NCBI RefSeq assembly: GCF_009914755.1
Contig: NC_060930.1
Length of the DNA stretch: 64,000 nucleotides
Direction: 5' to 3' (one strand)
From: the human T2T-CHM13v2.0 reference genome, Homo sapiens
The notes under the pieces were generated by a model. That model saw only the letters and a program-made list of their open reading frames with translations. It searched no databases and had not been told where the DNA came from. This document shows positions 54,062-64,000 of this stretch, piece after piece; within the stretch, counting starts at the first letter, position 1; the number at the start of each line of letters is the position of its first letter. The position numbers and the translations under genes were made by a program.

Positions 54062-54430
54062 TGATATGGTTTGGCTGTGTCCCCACCCAAATTGGGAATT
54101 GCAGTTCCCATAATCCCTAGGTGTTGGGAGAGGGAACCGGTGGAAGGTAATTGAATCATGGGGGCAGTTACCTCCATGCAGTTCTTGTGACAGTGAGTGA
54201 GTTCTCAGGAGATCTGATGCTTTTATAAGAGGCTTTTCCCCCTTTGCTCAGCACCTCTCTCTTGTGCCACCATGTGGAGACGGACGTGTTTGCTTCCCCT
54301 TCCACCATGACTGTAAGTTTCCTGAGGCCTCCCCGGTCATGCTGAACTGTGAGTCAGTTAAACCTCTTTCTTTTATAAATTACCCAGTCTCAGGCAGTTC
54401 TTTATAGCAGCGTGAGAACAGATTAATACA
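54062..54430 (+). mobile_element. THE1D-like MaLR solo LTR
   Basis: TGATATGGTTTGGCTGTGTCCCCACCCAAAT...TAATACA; 5-bp TSD CAGGA. Confidence 0.92.
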
Positions 54431-55789
54431 CAGGACAAACATGACAGGAAGGTCATATTTGATTTTCAGGTAAGTATTAAAATTTCACTCTAAATTCATT
54501 AGCTAGTGAATAGGTCCTTTATGTATTTAATAAACTATCCATATTTGACTTACCTCTCTATTGAACAAAAAAAGTAATATTTAAAACAGGATGGGAAATG
54601 TTTTATAATTTTTTTCAAGGAACTAGATGTAATTCTTAAGGTATGATTAGATTATAAAATTCAGTGGAAATGTTTTGTAAAAATGTGATCTTTCTGTCCT
54701 GTAGTCATGGGACCATCATCATAAGGACCCTTAAGAGCAGTGATGCACTATGTTTGTGGATATTGGGACATTTTAAAGATCCATTACCTTTCATTGAATG
54801 GGGTTAGAGAGATATTTGATCTGCTCAAGATAGGAAGTGTAAGTTGCTAATAGTATCTATTTCCATTCATTGTGCCGCTGCAAAGATGACATGCAATGGG
54901 AAGAGACAATGAACAGAGTAATTCCTGGGTTTTAGAATTTCTAAATCCGAGAGAGCAGATCCAGGATTAAATGGATACAGTGGTAAATACAAAAATTTAA
55001 TCTGAGCCACTTGACGGTTTTCCACTAAGATTATTTCAGTTCAACTACAGTGAAATTTAATTACTACTTACTGAGTGCCTAAAGGAAACAAAGTTTGGAT
55101 CATGGGTTTCTTGGTATTCTTTAACTGTTCTCAGCTTAAAGCTTTGTTCCAACTCTGAACATAATTCACTCTTACACATCTAAGTTTCTGACCTAATCTT
55201 GCCTCCTTTTTCCTTGTAATAAAATTATACTCTGTTCTCTTTCAAAACTCTGCTCAAGCTTCATCTCCTTTAATTAGCCTTCGCAGACAATGCAGATGAA
55301 TGCCTGTTGTGGTATTTATTCCCACAATCTCTTTATCACGAGCAGAAACGTAGACTCTTAAGAGGGCCATCCTCTGTCCAGGTCCCATTCCCCAACACCT
55401 CCCACCACAGGCCCTCCCTATACACCCCAAATCAGTGGCTCTCAATTTTGGCTGCACAGTAAAATTCCCTGGGGAGCTTTAAAAAGGTTGCTTTTAAGAA
55501 GCCAAAGAAGAATTTTTAATTTGGTATCCCTGGTAGCTGTAAAACAAAAACAAACAAACAAAATGAAATAAAAGAACAAAATTGGGAATCATAATCTCTG
55601 AAGGCAAGCCTCCCACAATTTGCTTTTTAAAGTTTTTAGGTCACTTAAAGGTTTGTTCACAGGTGAGACTTGTCTTAAACAAAGCAGGACTCTCACTTAC
55701 CTTAATATGTCTATACTTAAGTATATGTTTCTTTATTTGTCTTTTCTTTTTTGTTACATGTAATCTCACAAAATCACATGTTTTAAAGT

Positions 55790-56292
55790 TGTGTTTGGGT
55801 TCTCCAAATAAACAGAACAACAGGTGATACACACACACACATACACACACACATATACATAAAGATTTATTATGGGAGTTGGCTTATGCCCCACAATCTG
55901 CTGTCTACAGGCTAGAGAACCAGGCAAGCTAGTGCTGTGATTCAGTCAGAGTCTGAAAGCCTGAGAATCAGGTGGATGGTGTAAGTCCTGGTCTAAGCCT
56001 GGAAGCCCAAGAACCAGGAATGTGGATGTCCAAGGGTAAGAGAGAAATAGAAGTCCTAGCTCAAGCAGAAAGAACAAATTCACTTTTCCTCTACCTTTTT
56101 GTTCTATTTGAGCCCTCCATGGATTAGGTGATACCTGCCCACATTGGTGAGGATGATCTTCCTTGCTTGGTGTACAGATTCAAATGCTAATCTCTTCAGG
56201 AGGTACCCTCATAAACCCACCAGAAATAGTGTTTTACCATCTATCCGGGCACTCCTTAGCCCAGTAAAGTTGACATAAAACTAACCATCATA
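55790..56292. mobile_element. MLT2B-like ERVL LTR with (CA)n
   Basis: GGGTTCTCCAAATAAACAGAAC; AGATTTATTATGGGAGTTGGCT; AAGTTGACATAAAACTAACCATCA. Confidence 0.8.
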
Positions 56293-56382
56293 AGAGTTGA
56301 AACATGTCTTAGATGTCATTTCTTCCAATTTACCTGTGGAAATCTCCAGCAAAGGACATGTCTTACCCAGCCCATAGATTGA

Positions 56383-56732
<350 letters not shown>

Positions 56733-56829
56733 ATGAAGATAATTATTTAGAAAGCAAATTCAAGGGTCTCTTTTATTTGTAATAGCAGACCAAAGTGAGC
56801 CTGCAGGTCACTGGAATAGTCATGATAGA

Positions 56830-57030
56830 GTGAACATGCCTGGGCTCTGAAGTCATGAGACTCCCTCAACTTCAGCTCCTGGGATTGTCAGGCATGTCTC
56901 AACTCTTCCTCTTTAAGCCAGTTTCCTTATTTTCAAAAATGCAGAGAGTAATGCCTCGAGGCTTGTTTTAAGGATTAAATTGGGTAAATATTTATGAAAG
57001 TGGGTGACATATAGTTAAATTTTTTAACAG
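56830..57030 (+). mobile_element. MIR
   Basis: GGGCTCTGAAGTCA...CAGTTTCCTTATTTTCAAAAATG. Confidence 0.55.
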
Positions 57031-57409
57031 CTGTAAAATGGTGAGAACCTTCTTTCACTGACTTTAAAAGGTAAAGAGAAAAATAACTATTTTGCATTTG
57101 AATAGGTGTTTATTATTCTGTCAGCTGTAATGATTTTTAAATATCTCAAAATTTCTCAGTATAACCCGGCTCGACCCGGCCGTTTGGATTCAAAAGTGTT
57201 TCTGGCATGCTTCCTAGAGCTTACATTCTATATTCTTTGAAGCATCTGAAAGAAATATAAGCTCCATTGTTGTCCAGAAGGAATTTAGCCTATTAGTCAC
57301 CTATAAAAGTACGAATCTATAATGTTTACAATATAACCCTTTCAAAAATTTGTTTAGAGGAAGAAGAAAAACCCCAAAGCAGATAGAAGACATGGTGATT
57401 TATCCATCA

Positions 57410-57768
<359 letters not shown>

Positions 57769-57792
57769 TCAAGGCCCCAGGGAGCTTAATGC

Positions 57793-57793
<1 letters not shown>

Positions 57794-57842
<49 letters not shown>
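57794..57842. repeat. (TG)n microsatellite, ~24 units
   Basis: Perfect run. Confidence 0.95.
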
Positions 57843-57843
<1 letters not shown>

Positions 57844-58569
57844 GTGCATGTTCCTGATGATCTTTCTGTTTGAGCCACGAAGAAATCAACCACTTTTCTG
57901 TTTTGCCCCCAGGATAAATACCAGAACAGCCTATCAGAGGTAGAAAAACAAGAGAAGATAAGATCTTAACTATCATAATGAGGACAGGCACTTGCTTTTA
58001 ACCTCAGAAGCAGGGGAAGTGGTAGAGTTTGAGTGTTACTTGCAGAATCCAAAGCTCTACCAAGGCTGGAACAATGCAGATGTCTACTGAGACCTCTGAT
58101 TATAAGTGACAATTTCAACATCAAGTTTTTTGGACTGGAAAGTAAATTCTATCCAATAATATATTTTGGGGAAAAATTATTCCCCAAAAAGTCTCCTACG
58201 TCTCCTACTCCCAAAACTTTTAACCTCCTTGAGCTTAGGCTGGGGAGATTCCAGAAATTAGATGAACATACAAAATTAAATGATGAGAAAGTATTGCATT
58301 GTACTTAAGTGTTACAGGTCTTTAAATCTTAATATATACGCTTAACTCTGAATATACCTTAAATATAAGTTATAATAATGACCTATGCTATTTACTTAGA
58401 CCCAAAAAGAATTGTTGGATTTAAAAGTATGTACTTATTTCACCTCTCTTAATTCCCTACTCTTTGGACCTAGGATATCTTAAACCATCACCCTATCTAA
58501 CCTAGGCAACCTAAGCCTGCCCCCAAAATTAGAATACAGCATCTTCCAAATAGCAAAGCCATGATCAAT

Positions 58570-58840
58570 GGACAGAAATTATAGAAATGCAAGATTCATC
58601 TCAACCTAAAAAGGAAGTTTCTGGGAACCAAAAACGTCCAATAATATAGTAGGCTGCCTTACAGAGTGCTTAGCTCACTGTTGTAGGAGGAGCTCAAGCT
58701 ATGTCTAAATGATCAGGTTAAGTCAGGAGTCAAGCTAAGACTAAATGTCCATCTGCTTGGGATATTGTGGAAGGAATTCCAGTGCTTGATGAAAGGTTGA
58801 ATTGCAAGGTCTCTTCCCAATATAAAATTATATGACTTTG
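58570..58840 (+). mobile_element. L3/CR1 3' end
   Basis: AGATTCATCTCAACCTAAAAAGGAAGTTTCT...AAGGTCTCTTCCCAATATAAAATTATATGA. Confidence 0.55.
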
Positions 58841-61800
58841 AATAAAATAAATCTGACACTGAATACTTTGGTTGGTGTCACATTTCTGACTTTAGATAAT
58901 TCAGCTCATCAAGAATAAAGAGTATGGCTTATTTTTACACTGGAGCCCATCACATTTTATTGGGGGTCCCTTAGACTGACTGTTAGTAACTTTCAAAAAC
59001 TGAAATATTAACTAGTTTATGGTTTTGGATTCCATTTACATATGTTTCCCTGGCCCCTCCTTACCTCTTACCTGCCAATGTGTTCTTCTGTTTCATGTTT
59101 TACCTATTCATTATGTCAATTATACCTGATTACAGGGTACTTTCATGGAAGATTGATTTCCATTGCAGACCTGAGTGAAATCACATATATCATTTCCACC
59201 CATAACCTTTGCGGCTGGAAGTCCTGTGCTCTGTATATGCCTCAAACATAAGGATGGTCCTAAAAGGGTCTGTCATTAGTCCTTTGAATGAAAAATACAT
59301 TGCATAAAACATAATTTATTTCTTTTAACTCATTAGGAGCCATTTAAAAGTTGACAGCAAAGTTTATTCCTTACCAAAAAAGGGGAGGCTGCAGATAAAA
59401 TGGTGTTCTCCCCATCAGCACCCGGATGTTGCACATGTAGGGATAACAGCTGGCACGGGGATATTAATAGGCAGCCATTGTTTTTGCACCTGGCTGGGGA
59501 TGACAGTCTGAGACTATAACCAGTGCAGCTGCGGAGGTTCTTGTCAGATTTTTCTGAGCCATAGAAATGAGGAAACAATCATTTTAGATCTATGACATAC
59601 TAGCCTTCATGAAATACCTCAGATATTAAAGAAGGATAAATGAAGTAAAGAGTAAAATATGATTATTTTGAACAGTCTCCAAACTATTTAGTGCACTTTT
59701 CTATTATCTTAAGAATAAAGAACATTGATTCTAAAGGAAAACAAAATAGAAGAGGTATTTGAGTAAGAGAAAAATATGGCACTAAACATTGGTATTTGGA
59801 TATGTGTAAACGTTGTGTGACTTAAGTTCTTAGAAGGTACAACTGAGACACTCATTCCAAAGAAAATAAGGATCTGTTTTTGGAAAAATAAAGGGTATAA
59901 AAAAGTTTATTTTGAAAAGGAATAAAATTAGACTTGTTGTGAAGGTCTATTATATACCCCACATAAAAAGACACTACCGAATTTCTTCCACTCCCTTCCC
60001 TTCCCTCCCCTTCCATTCTGTTCCTTTCTGTGTCCTTCTGGTTCCCTTTTCCTTCCCTTTATCCTTTTTTTCTCCTTTGCTTTCACAAAGATTTCCTAAA
60101 ACACTTAAAATCTTTGTATAAGGTCATCTCAAATCTATAAAGGTGAAAAAAAGGCAGCTCTTACACAGCACTTGCTGCACTAAGGGATATGGCATCTTCA
60201 TAAATTATTCAAATATAAGCTGGAATGGGCACAACAGGGTAAGTGAAGTAGAGAATAGTGTCATGGGTAATGAGAGGTAGAGACAGCATTCTGCCAGAAG
60301 CCAGGGAAGGTTGCATCAGGGAACTGGCAATGGAAACGGAACAGAGGGCAGTCTACTTGTGAGGGACTGTGGACGCAGAATCCACAGGGCCTGGGCATTT
60401 GATGGCTAAAGTTGGCAAGAGTGAGGTGAAGCCAAAGAGGCCAGCCACTTTTCCATTATTTTTACTAGTTTGCCAGAGTTAAGAAAACATAAAGGAAGAA
60501 TGTGTCTCTCCTCACTTGTAGTGTAGGATTGAACATGACTATTGATTCCCAAAAGAAAATCTACTTCATAACCCAGTGTTGAGAAGTTGGTATCTGACTT
60601 GTGATTTTATATATGTACATGGGAGTAGGTGGAGACTGGGTGGGTAGAAAGTAGTTACAGGGCAAGATGTTTCACTACTGAGACAGGTCTCCTCCTCCAA
60701 ATCCATTTCCTCCCCCAGATCTCTCTGTCCCCACCTGCAGTTGATGGGACTCTTATTCTCTTTCATCCTCCCTCCCCCTCATACGATCTCTAGCTTCTTT
60801 CTTTTCCTGGTTTTCTCCCCACCTACCTTTCCATTCTCATATGCATAGAAATGTATCTCACCCCGTCTCCTCCTCACCCATCTCTTAATATTGTCTTCAA
60901 GTGTCTGCAGTCCTGAGGATGACTTCATGTGTGCTCAGCAAACAAAAGATCCTTTCGCTAAATGATCCACCCCCTTTACAGAGTGACAGATGAATTTTAA
61001 ACACTCAGTTTTTATTTCTGGGACACCCCCAAATGTTGTCAACCTTGGCATCTAAAGCACTGCTGGGTAAAGATATTAAATAACAGTTTTGTCATCTCAG
61101 CAAATAATTACAAGTACTTCAAGACAGAGGAGTCTATGCAAATGTTTCCACAGGTCCTCAGGTGGTCAGCAAGGGAGGTCTCAGATTTCTCAACTGTGCC
61201 ACTCATTCTCATTTTGTGCATTTTTATCTGTGGGAACCTAATATTATCCTTAGTTATCTGGTGTTAGTGCCAATCACATTGCTGTGGAGGTCCCGTCTGC
61301 CACAAACCTGGACTGAGCACAGAGGCTCCTCTGTATCTGTTGATGAGGAAGCTAGTCACGCTATGAAAAGGTTGGAACGTGCTACTTTTCTTTCATACCT
61401 GGCTGAACCCTGAAGAAAAACACTACCTTCATAAAACCAATCATAGAAGCATATTACCTTCCCTCTATTTTTCTTTTGCTTCAAGGCAAATCTTGTTACT
61501 CTTTTTTATTGAATGTGTTAGAAACCTAAGACTTTTTCTTTGACACCAGATGTGCAGGTTATTTTATGTTTAAAATTCCCTTTTCTGTTTTACTCTTCTC
61601 TTTCTATTATTAGGTAGAGATATAACTCTTGACCAAATCATTTTTTAAAAGTGCAATTCAACATGGAACCAGAACCATTCTCCAAAGAACACCTATTGTT
61701 TTGTGGTCTTGGATTTCTGAGAAAATCTGCTTTCACTTGATATAACTCTAAAACCTTATTGATTCTTTAGACACTCACATCTCAGACAGGTAGACTCTAC

Positions 61801-62249
61801 TTTCTTAATTTATTATTTCTTATACTTAATATTAAGGAAAAGACAAGATATACAAAGTAAAAAGAAAGTGAGAATCTTTCAATTAAAACCTGCTTTGATT
61901 TTTTCATATGAAGCTTGTTTGTTGTGATGGGATAGTCTTTTAAACACAATATTCCATCCATAATAAATATTTGCAGCAAATTAGGTGTTTGCAACAAAAT
62001 GTGTATATTTCCTTTAGAAATTGAATAGAATTTTCCAGAATCTCTTCTCAATGATATTTCTGCTCCAACCCTGAAAAATAAAACCAGAGCTGTGTCCCCT
62101 CTGTTATCTCATAGCACCTTAAGCATATCTTTGTCATTGTACTTACCACTTCAAAATGAAATTGTCTGCTTAAGTAAACTCTGTAGACTTGCTTTTGCTG
62201 AACTGGGGTTTGGTTTTCAAGCCATCAGCCCATACTGAGATATAATATA

Positions 62250-63680
62250 ATAAAATGTAAGAGCTGAAACTATAAAAATACTAGAGGAAAACTTAGTGAA
62301 AACTCTTCTGGATATTGCTCTAGGCAAAGAATTCATGAGTAAGACAAGAGCACAAGCAACAAAAACAAAGCAGGCAAACGGGGCTTAATTAAACAAAAGC
62401 TTCTGCACAGCAAAAGAAATAATCAACACAGCGAACAGCCTCCAGAAAGGAGAAAATATTTGCAAACAATGTATCCAGCAGGGGGCAAATATCCAGAATA
62501 TATAAGGAACTCAAATAACTCAACAACAGCAAAACAAATAACCTCATTAAAAAGTGGGCAAAGGACATGAATAGACATTTTTCAAAAGAACACATACAAA
62601 TGGCCAACAAACATATGAAAAAATGCTCAACATCACTAATCATCAGAGAAATGCAAATTAAAACCACAATGAGAATCTATCGTACATTAGTCAGAATAGC
62701 TATTATTAAAACGTCAAGGCAGGGTGTGGTGGCTCATGCCTGTAATCCCAGCATTTTGGGAGGCCAAGGCAGATGGATCACTTAGTGCCAGGAGTTCAAG
62801 ACCAGCCTAGCCAACATGGTGAAACCCCATCTCTACCAAAAATACAAAAAATTAGTTGGGTGTGTTGGCACATGTCTGTAATCCCAGCTACTCAGGAGGC
62901 TGAAGCATGAGAATTGCTTGAACCCAGGAGGCAGAGGTGGCAGTGAGCTGACCCAGTACCATTGCACTCCAGTCTGGGAGATAAAGTGAGACTCTCTCTT
63001 TAAAAAAAAGTAAAAAAAAAAAAAAAAAACAGATGTTGGCAAGGATGTGGAGAAAAAGGAATACTTATACACTGTTGGTGGGAATGTAAATTAGTACAAC
63101 CTCTATAGAAAATAGTATGAAGATTTCTCAAGGAACTAAAAATAGAATTACCATTAGATCCAGCAATCCCACTGGGTGTCTACCCAATGAAAAGGAAATC
63201 ATCATATCATAAAGATACCACACTCATTTGTTTATCACAACACTGTTTACAATAGCAAAGATATGGAATCAACCCAAAGTCCATCAATGGATGAATAGAT
63301 AAAGAAAAAATTTTATATGTATAATCTACTCAGCCATAACAAAGAATGAAACAGGTCTTTTGCAGCCACACGCCTGGAACTAGAGGACATTATCTTAAAT
63401 AACTCAGAAACAGAAAACCAAATACTGCATATCATCACTTATAAGCGAGAACTAAATAATGTGTCCACATGGGCAGAGTGTGGAATGATAGACATTGGAA
63501 ACTCAGAAGGGTGGGAAGGTGGGAAAGGCATAGGTGATGAGAAATTACTTAATGGGTAAAATGTACATTATTTAGGTGATGGAATAATAAACAATAAAAA
63601 CCCAGACTTCACCATTACTCAATATATTCATATAATACAATTGCATTTCTATCCCTTACATTTACACCAAAAAAAGAGGT
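62250..63680 (+). mobile_element. L1PB4/L1MA1-like 3' part interrupted by AluS (62717-63029)
   Basis: [34 protein letters not shown] remnant; 3' UTR CCCAGACTTCACCATTACTCAATAT. Confidence 0.85.
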
Positions 63681-63766
63681 CAAAAGAAAAAAAATAGCCC
63701 CACAACATTTACCATAAGGATAGTGTTGAAAATGTCCTTCAGTATATCACATAGTATTTGCATTTG

Positions 63767-64000
<234 letters not shown>

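Noticed and set aside
57164-57182. ACCCGGCTCGACCCGGCCG CpG-rich mini direct repeat
   Set aside because: Too short to separate from chance; no surrounding CpG island

Overview
Primate (human-like) genomic DNA, intergenic or deep intronic. I could not identify the locus and found no supportable host protein-coding exon, RNA gene, CpG island or CRISPR array. Most of the window is transposon-derived: about 39 Alus (several nested), one full-length minus-strand L1PA6-like element with dead ORF1/ORF2 but an open antisense ORF0, older L1/L2/MIR/CR1 fragments, MaLR and ERV solo LTRs (MLT1/MLT2, THE1D, MER41A, LTR28-like, MER67-like, LTR16, LTR33) and hAT/Tigger DNA-transposon fossils. Structure that repeat names do not explain: (1) a ~300 bp patchwork insertion at 53423-53723 built from three nearby templates; (2) an old inverted duplication, 14233-14867 versus 16828-17180; (3) two orphan polyadenylated retrocopies inside a MIR and an LTR; (4) an open, extended L1 ORF0; (5) a MER41A solo LTR whose TSD encloses an extra segment carrying a primer-binding site. 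I do not see evidence for a new gene system; the best theme is repeated local template-copying. Repeat subfamily names come from recalled consensus features rather than a search, and old-repeat boundaries are approximate.
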